From positions 87,730,001 to 87,794,000 of the forward strand of contig NC_042999.1 of assembly GCF_006345805.1 (NCBI RefSeq): 64,000 nt of DNA, read 5' to 3'. This DNA is from Octopus sinensis (lineage: Eukaryota). A program made the position numbers and the translations under genes. The notes beneath the pieces were generated by a model. That model searched no databases. It saw only the letters and a list, made by a program, of their open reading frames with translations, and was not told where the DNA came from. This document shows, piece by piece, positions 1 to 13,138 of this stretch (positions are counted from its first letter, which is position 1; the number at the start of each line of letters is the position of its first letter).

Positions 1-159
1 CTAATATATATAAGTAATGATGTAGTCCACGATGGCAGCCAGTCTACCAGTATACATTCTCTAGTAGCTTCCCCACAATTTTTTACGCAGTGTCTATGTG
101 TTCAGGATGGAAGATGATCAAATCCCTAATAGTGTCTGTAAGCTGAGTTGGGTCAAACT

Positions 160-296
160 AAAACACCAACGCACAAACCTGGATTAGGTGTAGGGGGTGC
201 ATCAACAATGTACTGGAGAAGGTCAAAAGCTTAGAAAATGGATGACAAACACTCACTTTAGATAGGACATCATGGAGGAATGTTGTACATAATGAC
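160..296 (+). mobile_element. Highly decayed LINE (RTE/L2-like) C-terminal remnant
   Basis: Translates as ...TWIRCRGCINNVLEKVKSLENG*QTLTLDRTSWRNVVHND, matching the W...DR..WR..V pattern at LINE ORF2 C-termini. Confidence 0.3.
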
Positions 297-721
297 GAAA
301 GGTTTTTACACAATTTTGTAATAATCCTGAATAACTCAAGAGAGATGTGCCTAAGGGTCTCGATATGAATTTGTCTTAGTATGTTGGCCTACAGTCTGAT
401 TTAACATTGTGTCTGTTTAAGTAAGGTGTGCCTTGAAAACAATCAGACAAACCACACACAAAGTTGTTGCTATCTATGCATCTTTACTTTCAGGGATTGT
501 GAAAAAAATGTGCTGAATGAAGCGTCTGATGAGGGTTTCATGAAAGTACCGAATAGTAATGTTTATATGCCAACAAAGTGCGGTAGTCCTATAAAAGACG
601 ATGCTACTGTTGTTTTAGCTCCAGGAAAACATCTTTTCGAGCTGGCTATCGACAAGCACTTTGTGTCCATATAGCAATTTGGAAGGGAGTTCATCGCGCC
701 CATCTCTAGCCTTACGTAATA

Positions 722-767
722 CTCACAGACCTAAGGTTTCTGTGTGGTTACCCGTCTTCAGTGTGAG
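722..767 (-). ncRNA. Type I hammerhead ribozyme motif (left arm)
   Basis: Minus strand: CTCACA CTGAAGA CGGGTAACCACACA GAAAC CTTAG GTC TGTGAG. Stem I 6 bp perfect, core intact, near-palindromic stem III ACCT-T-AGGT, stem II weak. Confidence 0.6.
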
Positions 768-975
768 ATAATCACATGCTAGTGACGAAAGCTCTCTTTA
801 CTTGCAAATGCTATATATTCTATAAGGGACGCACAGTCGTTGATCTCGTATAGAGAAAAACAATTTGTTTTAAATCTCTGAGTGAGATTTATACAGTAAC
901 AGTACCGAATATACCGAACAGTACCGCAACAGCATTTACGAATGGAGAGAACTTTCGTTACTAGCTTGTGATTAT

Positions 976-1021
976 CTCACACTAAAGACGGGTAACCACC
1001 TACAAACCTAAGGTCTGTGAG
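976..1021 (+). ncRNA. Mutated hammerhead motif (right arm)
   Basis: CTCACA CTAAAGA CGGGTAACCACCT ACAAAC CTAAG GTC TGTGAG. Stems I and III retained; both core segments mutated. Confidence 0.5.
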
Positions 1022-1137
1022 TATCATGTAAGGCTAGGAATAGGAGCGATGATCTCATTTCCAAATTGCTATACAGACACAAAGTGTGTGTCGATAGCTA
1101 GCTGGAAAAGATGTTTTCCTGGGGCTAAAACAACAGT

Positions 1138-1960
1138 GAAAGTAGCGCTATATCATCTGCAAATTCGAGATCTTCTAGAGCTTCCGCATCCATCCATTCA
1201 ATGCCTGCTTGGCTTTCAATCATAGTTTCCTTCATAATCCAATCTATAAGTAGTAGAAATAAAAAGGAGAAAGTATACAGCCTTGTCGAACTCCTGTTTT
1301 TACTTCGAATTTATCTGAACGTATTAAACTAGAAACCGGTGAACTAGAGGATGTAGCCGAATTTACGTATTTAGGTAGTAAGATAACGTTTTCAGGCGGC
1401 ACCGACGATGATATTAAGACGAGAATAAGTAAGGCAAGGACCGCTTTTCACCTGTTAAAGAAAGTATGGAGCGCAAGTATAATTTCAATAAAGAACACAA
1501 TAAGAATTTTTAACACTAACATAAAAGCGGTGTTATTGTATGGGGCTGAGACATGGCGAACAACAGTTAAGTCAAATAAGCAAATACAGTCATTCATCAA
1601 CATACGCTTGCGTAGTATACTTAAAATTAGATGGCCCGAACACATAAGCAATATGGAGCTATGGCAAAGAACAAATGAAGTTTCGATTAGGGAGCAAATA
1701 TTTAAGAAAAAGTGGATTGGTAGCATAATTAGAAAAGACACACCAAATGTAGCGAAAAGAGCTTTACAGTGGACACCGGATGGATATAGAAGGAGAGGTA
1801 GGCCTAAGAACTCGTGGCGGAGATCAACACAAAAGGAACTAGAGAAAGGGGGAAATCCATGGTAGAGTAGAAGTACAGAAGCCAAAAATTATTCGACATG
1901 GAATTCAACTATAAGTGGCCTATACTCCGCGTTGGAGGGTTAAAAGCATAGCGAAAGAAG
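1138..1960 (+). mobile_element. 5'-truncated, 5'-inverted RTE-clade LINE with 11-bp TSD
   Basis: 1138-1318 on minus encodes SDKFEVKTGVRQGCILSP..LLIDWIMK...DLEFADDIALLS (one frameshift). 1314-1960 on plus encodes ERIKLETGELEDVAEFTYLGS...VLLYGAETW...RGRPKNSWRR and ends in a GAAAGAAG tail. TSD AAAACAACAGT at 1127-1137 and 1961-1971. Confidence 0.9.
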
Positions 1961-2434
1961 AAAACAACAGTAACATCGTCCTTTATAGGCATATAAACAT
2001 TACTATAAAATAACAATTGATTATAAGTTTCCTTTTGCTGCCTTCACTGGACTTAGACTCTTTAATTTTATGTCTTTGCTTTCCCACTTTTAATGTCACG
2101 TTCCTGAATAGCAAGTCAATAAAGTACTTAACAACAGCCAAAAGGCTCAGTTTCTAATGTTACTGCTGTCAATACGACACAGTTTAATGTAATTTGTAAA
2201 TAGTAGTGCATAACCGTAGTTAAGAGCTATACATATCCCTTGCTCTCTAACTCAAAGCAGAATGCTTCTTAATTTGAGAAAGGTTTATATATAACGAGAT
2301 GCTTTAAATTGAATATAAATTGAATATATTCTACTTATATTGCATGCTTCTATGGCTTCATCCTTTTAAATGAATTTAGCAGTCAAATGATATTATTCAT
2401 GTAACTAAGAGAAACACCATATGCCCTCCCCGTG

Positions 2435-2466
<32 letters not shown>

Positions 2467-2864
2467 TACGTGCACTCACACACACATATTTATATATTAG
2501 ATAGCATTGTCCGAAACATCCTTTACTATAAGGAAAAATACAAACTAGTCAAACGGGGAAATATGAAAGGAAGACGAACAAATGTGCGAACTATGTGCTC
2601 TCAGTTTCTTCCAAGTCATGAATGCTAATCAGAATATAGCCAATAGTATATACAAGTGAGTCAAAGTTTTAAGTTTGGTACAAAATAAAAAGACAAGGGT
2701 ACTGTAGTGAAAGAGAACTGTAGAGTCTGTGCTGTTGTTTTTTTAGTAATAGATGTTGAAAATAAACAATAAAAGCAATACTTGTATCAGTGGAATATTT
2801 AAGTGCACAAATCTTTCAGGTTTAAAATTCTCGTTACATTTTAAACCTTGCTTTTTGATTATAA

Positions 2865-3050
2865 TATTAATTTCAAATTTTGACACAAGGTCAGCAATTT
2901 CGGGGAAGGGGAGTAAGTCGATTACATAGAAGCCAGTGCTTAACTGGTACTTATTTTATCGACACCGAGGAGATAAAAAGCAAAGTCGACTTCGGCAGAA
3001 TTTGAACTCAGAACGTAATGATGGACGAAATGCCGTTAAGCATTTTGCTC
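2865..3050 (-). mobile_element. SINE family A, partial
   Basis: Matches the full copies at 4615-4832 and 14129-14345. Confidence 0.8.
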
Positions 3051-3076
3051 AGACATTTTGATTATAATATATAGTA

Positions 3077-3180
3077 TCGGGGTCGCTAAAATAAATATCA
3101 TTTGAGCACTTGGGTCGGTGTAATCGACTAACTTCCTCTCCCGATATTTCTGGCTTTGTGCCAAAATTTGAAACCAATAT
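3077..3180 (+). mobile_element. SINE family A, 3' half
   Basis: GGGGTCGCTAAAATAAATATCA...TGTGCCAAAATTTGAAACCAATAT; inverted relative to the adjacent copy. Confidence 0.75.
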
Positions 3181-4147
3181 ATAAAGTATTTGGTGTTATA
3201 ATTTTGTGTGATCAGAACACATCTTTTTCCATCATTGAAAACAAAAATGTATTAATTTACTTTGCATAATTAGGTTTTGCTATCTTAGAATATAGTTGCT
3301 GCGAATAAAAGATTTTCATTTAATTAGAGTTCGGGCTAGGTAAGGAACCTATGATTTTTGTTTGCATTTATTCAGAGATCTGCCATTAAGATGGCAAAGA
3401 AAAAGTTTTCTGTATTCTGAATTTAGTAATTATCTTCAAATTTACCTGAATTATAAAACCAGGCAATATATATTGCCCCTCCCAAACGGTGGGGGCAAAT
3501 TGAAGACAATAACATATTTTTGTTGATATACAAACATTTTGTTCCTGAAAAGACTAAAATCGATTCTACCAAAATTGATAATTTTCTGGTACTTATTGTA
3601 TATATAGCAGCGACTATCTAAAATTCGCTAGTAATTAACTGGCTTACATATTAAATTCTGTTTCTTTATTAAAATTCACCAGAGAATAGTTGGTATTCTT
3701 GCCAAGGGATGATTTGTCTGTCATTCAGTGAATGTCACCTTAACAAGTAATCAGTACTGATCTAATGGACACCGGATAATCATGAAGCGAGTATTCTGAA
3801 TGAGATGATACTACAATACGGTTAGGTTGCCGATCCTCTCTAAAGCTGGTATTCCTATGTCACTTTACTTTTATATAATACATCATCAGAGAAAAATTTG
3901 TCTCTCATTCGTTATGTATCATGTCATTATCTACACCTAAAATAGTGGTCTAAACGCAGAGTGAAAAAGAAACCAGTACTGTTTAATATCAAAGAGTATT
4001 GAGTTAACAGAATCGTTAGGAGCTCCGGTTTAAATTCTAGTGTTACAATATTCCTTTGTTCCCCCAAGTTCACATGTCTTGAGAACCAATGGAACAAGCC
4101 ACTGGAAATAAACTCTGTTTTGGCTTATTTTTGTTTAATGGGATTTG

Positions 4148-4195
<48 letters not shown>

Positions 4196-4614
4196 GGACG
4201 GAGGGAGAAAGAGGTTGGAGAGAGAGAAGATGGGAATAAAGAGTGTGTGAGTGAAAGTAGGTCGCGTGTGTATGTCGTTTTTGCAGTAATATAACGTGTT
4301 ATAAATGTATTTGACCCTGCGTGTCAGATCACTTGAAATAGGAGTGTCACGGTTTGTGTAAGATTTGGGCTCAACTGAATCATAGCTTGAAGAAAGTTGA
4401 CATATATCGACTGTCCATGGTACTTTATTATCTCGGAAGGATGAATGGCAATGTTAATTTTGTTCGACACTTTAACGATTTTATCACTCTACTGTCCCAT
4501 GAAAATAAAAATTTCTATTTTAATTGTGAGTGGCAAGTATCATAAAACTGCTGCTGATCGAACTCGCGATGTGATTTCGATCCGAGTTTGAAACTTTTTA
4601 TTTACTTATGTCAC

Positions 4615-4832
4615 TAATATTGGTTTGAAATTTGGGCATAAAGTCAACAATTTTGGTGAAGTGGGTAAGTTAATTACATCGACTCCAGTGCTCAACTGGT
4701 ACTTGTTTTATCGACCCCGAAAGGATGAAAGGTAAAGTCGACCTCAGTGGAATTTGAATTCAGAACGTAAAGGCGGACGAAATGCCATTAATCATTTTGC
4801 CCGTCGTACTATCGATTCTGCCAGCTCGCTAC
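4615..4832 (-). mobile_element. SINE family A, full length (tRNA-like head; central domain resembles my recollection of the MetaSINE domain)
   Basis: Head AGCGAGCTGGCAGAATCG, B-box-like GAATTCAAATTCC, central CCTTTCATCCTTTCGGGGTCGATAAAACAAGTACCAG. The superfamily name is unverified. Confidence 0.85.
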
Positions 4833-5334
4833 TATTATTGGAGATTGGTATTCTGTGCTCATTCAAAAGAAACAGTTCAGTATGTGTAGAGGAGAGTAAA
4901 GATAAAAACAAATGATTTAATATTCATGTAGTTTGTAAGAACATTAATAAAATTAAAGGAACGGCATGACTGATTGGGAACCGAAACCAAATCACTATCA
5001 TTGCTAGTAAGGAGCCTTTATTCTTTGGCGTTTCATTATTTGGAATTTTTATGTTGACGAAGCTCAAAGGGGATTAAAGAGGAAATACATATAATATCGG
5101 AAGGCTTATTCCATTCACCTAGCAAGTGGTAAGGCTGTTGGACTAAATTAACGAAAGCAGAGTACAAGCTATAAAGTAATATTCCCTTGTGATTGATGGC
5201 TATAGATTTATTCCTTTTATAATGATGTTAGAAACGGAAACAAATTTGCAATTAGAAATTGAAACTGAGCCGTCATCTAGGAAATTCACAAAGACTGGCC
5301 TGAAAATTCGATCGATACAGTTGTCAAATCTCCC

Positions 5335-5486
5335 TTAAATCCTACTCGTCTTTAAGGACTCATTAGATAACACATATCTAGATACAGACTCAGATAACAT
5401 ATACGGCAGAGAATAAGGCAGGATGATTATTTATAACTCATACATCTTTGGTCGCCAGGGATGTTGATCTGGGTCTAAACAATAAC
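5335..5486 (-). repeat. Short dispersed repeat family F, diverged
   Basis: Similar by eye to 13019-13138 and 49991-50115. Confidence 0.3.
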
Positions 5487-5949
5487 TATGAATGTAGTTG
5501 TTCTACAGCAAATACCACGCAAATACTATCACACACACACACACATATATATAATAGGTAGGTGTATGTGTGTGAATAATTTTAAATTGATTTCTAACGA
5601 CGCAACAAGGCTATACATATGTGTATGTATGAGGAAGAAGTATTGTCGGTTAAAATAAATACATTTAATACATGATACTTAGCTTATCGACTTTGGTATT
5701 ATTTGAACACAGAACTCTGAAGGAGGAAACTGCAAAGTGTGAATCATTTATAGCAATAGGCTATCACATCGGCTTTACAAGTGCTTTTAGTTTAATATTG
5801 ATTCCTTTTTGACTATCAATCTTTACGTCTGTGGAATGGAATGTGAATGTAAACTCAGCAAAGCCCGCCCCCGAGAAGGACAAAAAATAAATGCTGTTTC
5901 TTATCTCACCTTCACACTACCGACAGTAAAATTTAAAATGTTTTAATAT

Positions 5950-6300
5950 ATCAAGCCCTACCTTTGCAGAACTGACTTCAAAAACTTATAATTTTCTCAG
6001 CTAACCACTACTTAAACACAACCGTTAAATTATCTTTCATCTATTCTTTAAAATATTTAAGTTATAAAACATTCTTTAGAAATATGTCAAAACTTGATGA
6101 AATTTCATAACGGTTGTCTTTTTATCAATATTTCAATATTGGTGTTTTTATTTTCATCTTATTAAAATTGCTCTAAACCCACTTTTGCTACTTTCATTAG
6201 ATTTGTTTTTTTGTATGTGCACTATTACATTCAAGATCACTTCTACTGATAAATCTGGTAATCATCTCTGTTAATATATTTACACACATTCTTCTTCAAT
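5950..6300 (-). mobile_element. Possible highly decayed Neptune-type PLE remnant (RT C-terminus/linker)
   Basis: Scattered residues (PDLSVE, SKSGF) in the expected order; many stops. Confidence 0.25.
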
Positions 6301-7477
6301 TTTGCGTGAACAATAATCAACATAAACAAATAACTTCTGAAAGAACCAAGTGAGCAGGGATCGTTTAAGAGGTAGTATCGATTTTATATGTCACCAACAA
6401 AACACGCTAATTCCGGGAAGTGAATTATTCTCTAAAAATAGCGTTGCAGTTTTTTCCGTGACTATTTCTAAAGTCTACATCATTGATCTATTTTCATATT
6501 TCTTTTGCTCTGTTCTTTCCTATTGACTTCTATTCCATTTCTGTTGCTGTTGGGATTTTTTTCCCTTATTTATGTTTAGCACAATATGTATTACCGCATT
6601 TTCTTCTGTGTAATGTACTTTCCGATTTATAATAAGTTGCTAGAAATAAATCGTTCATTGATGAGTTGCCCTTTTCGATTTTTCCCTATTTTTATCGAAG
6701 GATCTTTCTTAGAGCAATAATGTAACTATTGATGATACAATATTATATTTCCTCATAAATATTCATTCTTTTACTCCTTAAATTATTTCTTAAGACGTTG
6801 ATACTGGTGATGCAGATGTTTCTGGAAAGTTCCATATAAGATTATCTGCTCCATTGACGATTATACTAAATTTACCAAATAATATGACGCAATATCTTCT
6901 TTGTATACGCCTAGATTTAATCTAGGGTAAAATATTGGACTTGCTGAACTAAGTAGTTACTTGGGCCATAAAGTTAGCAGCATGTATACTGAGTGAAAGT
7001 CTACATTCCTATGGCACAGTATACTTTTTAGGTTTATCAAACAGCTTATATGAATTCATGATAATATTTCTGCTTTATTTCTGTTGTAAATAATATAATT
7101 TTCAAAGATGAGTTTTTGCGATAACAATGTAGCGTAAACGTAGCACTGAGGTTATAAAATATTGACATTCTCTTGTTGATGGGGGGTTAACGGATTCTAA
7201 TCAAGCTTAGCGAAATAGTACAGGAATAAGGCAAAAGAAGCTGATCAGAGAAAGACATGTTCAACAGTGTTTCTGTGACAAGAATATCACAGAAGCACTG
7301 GAGAGTTGAGATTAGAACTCAGAAAAATGTATGTTATAATTAAGCCTTGTATATTTATGACATAATTTTGTTACTGATGATTGGGTAACTCTCATCTAGC
7401 TGAGGTAGTGTAGAAGGCTAGAATAACCAGTCTGCCAATAATTAATTACTCATTTAGTGTTTAAAATATGGCTATAG

Positions 7478-7627
7478 GTGTAGGCATGGCTATGAGGTTA
7501 AGACGTTTACTTCGCAACCGTATGTTTTTTGGTGTAGTCACACTGTGCAGTCTCTTAGGAAAGGACCTTCAATTATAGTCCCTTATAAATGAATTTGGTT
7601 GACAGAAAGTGTGTAGAAACCAGTTTT
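7478..7627 (+). mobile_element. SINE family B left half, decayed
   Basis: TAGGCATGGCTATGAGGTTAAGA... followed by (TATC)n; similar to 22123-22290. Confidence 0.5.
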
Positions 7628-8223
7628 ATCTATCTATCTATCGATCTATCGATCTATCTATCTATCTATCTATCTATCTGTCTATCTATCTATCTATCTA
7701 TTTATCAATCCATCAATCTATCTATCTATCTTGCTATGCATGTGTATGTACTTATATATATATATACGACAAGAAATAACATTTGCCTATTTTTATGGAG
7801 ACAAAAGGGTGTATTTTTATGGAGACAAAAGTGCTCAAATGTAATTGAGACAGAGGTAAAAAAAACATTGATCAGAGAACAACCATCAAATTCGATTCAA
7901 CGACTTTATATATAACAGCACGTCTCCAAACATTTGATCATATATAGATATTCCCATGGGCCTTAAACATATAAAGTATACATATAAAAAAATAGACAGA
8001 AGGTACAAAATATGTATGCGAATAAAAATACTGACAGGCCGTTCTATATATCTGTATTTTTATTGTATTTTATTTACATATTTTTTACCATCTGCGTTTT
8101 TTATATATGTATACGTTATATGTTTAAGAGCCATGGTAATATTTATACATGATCAAATGTTTGGAGGCGTGGTGTTATATATAAAGTCGTTGACTCGAAT
8201 TTGATGTTTGTTCTCTGATCAAT

Positions 8224-8225
<2 letters not shown>

Positions 8226-8286
<61 letters not shown>

Positions 8287-8510
8287 GTGTGTGTGTGTGT
8301 GCATGTTTGTGTGTATATATGTATGAATGCATGTGTGTATATATGTATGTATGCATGTATGTGTGTGTGTATATATATATATGTATGCATGTATGTGTGT
8401 GTATATATACACACGCACACACATACATATATATGTGTCTGTGTATGTGTGTAAGTGTGTATGTTTGTGCGCGTGTGTGTGTATGCGCATGTGTGCGCGC
8501 GTGCGCACGT
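8226..8510. repeat. Compound (TA)n/(TG)n/(TATG)n microsatellite
   Basis: Direct reading of the sequence. Confidence 0.95.
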
Positions 8511-10295
8511 CTCTGTGTTCATGATTGCGTTTGGCAAGCTACTGCTTCACAATTGATGTTGGTTTGTTTACATCCCAGTAACTTAACATTTCTACAGAAG
8601 TTACCCATATAATATGGACTATTAGTGTTGATTTGCTTGACGAAATCTATAAGACAATGCTACAGCATGGTCGCAAACCATGCAAAAGAATTGAAGAATG
8701 TATGCTCATATTTCTGAAAGAGGAGTCAAATCTAGCATGATAAAATGACAGTAGCAACTCCATCGACTGCTCCACATCATACAAACATTTAGATCTTACA
8801 CTGGTTACACATTAGCAAGCCCCCACCCCACCAAAAATAAAACTAGAGTATAGCATAATTTACGACATCAAAAGCTACGTTTATTGTATTATATAATGTA
8901 CAAAAGACAGATTGACGTCACTAGAATTAGCTCCTTCAACCATAACATGACTACTATACTATAAGAAGTTGAATATGAAAAGTAAATTTATATGTAAAAG
9001 AAGGAAATCAAAAGAAAATACTGCTTAATTTTCTAGTACATTCATAATGAATTTAAACTTTGCCACCCTGAGAATGGTATAAGCGAATGAGTCTTCCTTT
9101 GTATACCACATATGTGCACTGTTAGGTCAAGAAAATGACGTAAAACAAAGATAGCCATGGTAATATCTGAAATCGGAATATAAAACAACAATTTATGTGT
9201 AAAGCCTTTAATCTTGCGCTGTTTTCTTTTTCCTATTCCAGTTTTGATTCAAGCTAGATAGTATCAATCTATCAAATATTAACGATCTCTTCTAGTTTAT
9301 GTGAAATCATATAAAAGCTATTGTTTTTATATTTAAGTGAATAGGAAAATGCTTCTTGAATCTATCAGACAAGTGTAAGACAAGCTGGAACTATGTTACA
9401 ATTTGGAAAACGTTTATTTAATAACATTGACACGAGGTAGAATATTCGTAAGTTCGTGAGAATCAGGGTTTGTAACAGTAGATCAGTCCTTACATTTTAC
9501 ATCTTTTAGAGAACACCATCTCTACAAAACTGACCTGTTCTTGACTTAAAGACCATCTAACCACTCATTCAGGATTATGTACCGTTTGGTTTTCATTTGA
9601 TGAAGAAATAGCTAACTATTAATTTTCGTAAGTAGAGTTAGATGTAGGATTTTAGGCAACAATTTATCAAATTAAATTTTCAAATAGATGTGTGATGATA
9701 GTACATCCATTGATCGTGAATTATATATGCTTAACGACGTATCATTAAAATCAATCCAAAATAACTGATTCGTTTTCGTTGAACATCAAAGAAGAAACTC
9801 TGCTGAGAAAATTAAAATGTATCACTGAACTATTGAACTATTATGAATGAACCAATGATTAAAGTAAAATAATCCCAGAATAGGTTTTTATGAATTTCTG
9901 ACATAAATGGAATGGAAAGCTTGTCCTAAGAAAGGCCCTGGGAAATCTTCCTCTGCTATGAAGTTAATGTCGATGACTTAATAAGATAGATCAGTTTTAA
10001 CTTCACTATAAACATCAATACGAACGTAACCACAACCAAAACGATAACTACGAGTGCAACAGTATCATATCATCGACATTATGAACACAACCACCGTAAC
10101 TAGAATAGCGCAATTCTAAGCCTTCTCAGAGATTTTTAAGTTCTTTTATAGATGGCCTCAGATACTCTGGGATGGAAGTACATAATTGCTATTGCCCGAT
10201 GCTCTTAAATTTCCCATCACATTCTGTGTTTTATATGAGACGTTATAAGATTCAGAAAATACTTTAGTTATATACTATGCTAGAGTTATTCTGAA

Positions 10296-10296
<1 letters not shown>

Positions 10297-10376
<80 letters not shown>

Positions 10377-10407
10377 ACTACTGCTGCTGCTGCTGCTGCC
10401 GCCGCCG

Positions 10408-10486
<79 letters not shown>
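10297..10486. repeat. Compound (CTA)n/(CTG)n/(CCG)n trinucleotide tract
   Basis: Direct reading of the sequence. Confidence 0.95.
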
Positions 10487-11218
10487 AATCAGTTGTTATG
10501 ATGTTATCAGTTGTTATGATGTTACCAGTTGTTATGATGTTACCCATTTTCTAGATTCTTGCAATTTGACGATGCTGGTGCGAGTAGTCGCAAACATTTT
10601 CGAGTGAAGTTATTCGGTCAAATCTTAGGTCCGTTAATTGTATGTTTGGTTTTGTATAGCTTTGAATCTTTCGAATTTTTAGTTTTTCCTATTGATTTCT
10701 GATGTCTGATAAAAGGGTTGCGTCAAAATCCTGGTCTAGGTGGAAGATTAGTATTTATTAATTTGTGTTCCTATTCAGTTTGTGTCTCAGAGACATTTAA
10801 GAATTTTCCCCTGTAGTGCAGTATATGTCTTACAGAGAAGTTCAACATCATCCGTGATCTTACCCCAATCATAAATATAATGAACTAATTTTAATTTGGT
10901 GAGAAATTGTCAAATATTTAATTGAGAATTTGAAAAAAAGGTCCACCTTCAGCAGACCACAACCAACAAATTACGCTGTAAGGAGCTAATTAAAGCAATT
11001 CAGATTATGGAATCTGTGTTCATTTCACATACATCAAGATGTATAAGGATCTATATATTTCCAACAAAGTGTTTTAATGAGCATAATTATGCGTTAGCAC
11101 GACAAAACAAAATAGACTACACACATACGTTGCAAATATACACACACACACACACATATACGTATGTAATATATATGTGTGTGTGAGTGTGTGTGTGTGT
11201 TTGCATATATATAAATAG

Positions 11219-11352
11219 TGAGAATTTACAAAACAACAAAAGACGAAGACGGGTGTGTAAACAAACAGATGTATTAGTTTAACGCTCGGGAAGTGTGAAA
11301 GTCTTTCGAACCTACGCTATTCGACAGAAAGGAACACAGAAATAGACAGAGA
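11219..11352 (-). mobile_element. Family C short repeat with variant hammerhead-like motif (partly deleted)
   Basis: Minus strand: CTTT CTGTCGA A TAGC GTAG GTTC GAAA, stem III deleted. Homologous to 22446-22585, 37090-37240 and 55041-55215. Confidence 0.75.
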
Positions 11353-11610
<258 letters not shown>

Positions 11611-11989
11611 CAATGGCCTTCATAGGCCCCATCCCACTCGAGACTAGTGAGATTGATATAATCTCTGTGTGTGCGTACGCGTGAGTGTTAAAATGTAGAG
11701 AGGTTGTTAGATGGGGAAAGTTAGAAAAATAATTAAATAAAAAAATAGGAGAAATAATGCAGAGAGTAAAGGAGCGAAAGAAAGGTATTTAGCGAGAAAA
11801 GAGGAATTGAATGAGAAGGTAAGGAAGATATAGATAATAAAAGAGGGAAAAGAAAGATGTCAGAAAATAGAAGTAAATCAAATCCTACTAATATCGATGT
11901 ATCATATTTAATCAATAAGTTGACCAAATTTAAAATGTAAGTGGTGGTAAATGTGAAAGGATGATGTCGATATTTTAGGTTGTGTTGAT

Positions 11990-12401
11990 GTTCGTAGGGA
12001 TGATAGTATTAGTGGTGTTAGAGACGCTACGACTGGTGGTGGCAGAGGTGGTGGAGGAGAATTTTGATGGTTTTTCCATGACGATGATGATGATAATGAT
12101 GTCAATGAATATGATGAATATGATGAATATGATGATGATGAAGACGGTGTTGACGATAATAGTGTTGGTAATGAGGCTATAATATAGTTGCTCTCGCTCG
12201 GTGAGAACAATGGCAAAGATGCAGGCGAGGGAGGTAATGACAATATTAATAACCATTTTGCTTGTGGAATTATTAGTAGTATTGTTTTGGTTTTTCAAGA
12301 AATCATTACAAGAGATATAAGTAGCTAGAGCAGAAGTAGAAATAGTGGTGGTTGTAAAGGTGTTGTGGTTGTGCTTAGTATTATTATTATTATTATTATT
12401 A

Positions 12402-12443
<42 letters not shown>

Positions 12444-12937
12444 CATTATTATTATCATTATTATTATTATTAGTAGTAGTGGTTGTAGCGATGAAGCTGG
12501 TAATAGTTGATGATTAGCATAATGTTGGCGATGATGATGGTGGTGGTGGACAGTGTGAGAATGACTGTTGTAATGATAACGATAATAGGCGGAGTTAACA
12601 GTAATGATGGAAATGATGTTAGTGGCGATGGTTCCGGAGATAATTAGTAGTAGCAGTAGTAGTACTTGTGTTAGTGGCAGTGGTAGTAGCAGTCGTAGTC
12701 AATATATAGAAGATAAAGTGCGATGTCAGAGTCGTGGTAACGGCGATACTTTTGAATCTGGTGTTGATTGGGATGGTGCCAGTTGGAGTAAGGACTGTTG
12801 TCGAGCTAGTGGTGGTACGCCTGTAGTTGAACTGAGGGTGATAGAAGCTGTGGTAGTGCTGGTAGTAGTCATGGTGATAAAGTAAGGCTGTTTCAGGTGA
12901 AGTGATGGTAGTCGGGGAAATTACAGTAATAAGTAGT

Positions 12938-12993
<56 letters not shown>

Positions 12994-13012
12994 TGTTGTT
13001 GTTGTTGTTGTT
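11990..13012. repeat. Low-complexity region of decayed trinucleotide repeats (GAT, GGT, ATT, GTA, GTT)
   Basis: Pure (ATT)n at about 12380-12470 and (GTA)n/(GTT)n at about 12925-13012. Confidence 0.85.
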
Positions 13013-13018
13013 GGTACT

Positions 13019-13138
13019 GTTTTAACCTAAGGTCAGCTCTGATAGAACAGACTTTATGAGAAAGAGCGTTCCAACCTTGACCATCTTTACTTTATTATCG
13101 ACACAGTGTATCTCAAAACTGTATTATCGAAAATTTCC
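13019..13138 (+). repeat. Short dispersed repeat family F
   Basis: GTTTTAACCTAAGGTCAGCTCTGATAGAACAGAC... following (GTT)n. Confidence 0.35.

Larger units (their letters stand above)
553..2006. mobile_element. Non-autonomous hammerhead-bearing PLE-like element with long inverted arms, interrupted by an RTE LINE
   Basis: Left arm 553-812 is the imperfect reverse complement of right arm 931-1137 plus 1972-2006; spacer 813-930. Each arm carries an HHR motif. A diverged third copy lies at about 51577-51816. Confidence 0.7.

Noticed and set aside
553-2006. Classical MITE interpretation of the long inverted repeat
   Set aside because: Not preferred: the arms carry hammerhead motifs and a single-arm copy exists at 51.6 kb. 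It is not fully excluded, because the ends are compatible with a TA TSD.
4550-4596. Overlapping inverted repeats followed by GAAAC
   Set aside because: The core reads CTGATCG and no stem I can form; compatible with chance.
7788-7831. Short tandem duplications (also 26701-26737 and 50453-50486)
   Set aside because: Ordinary replication-slippage products.
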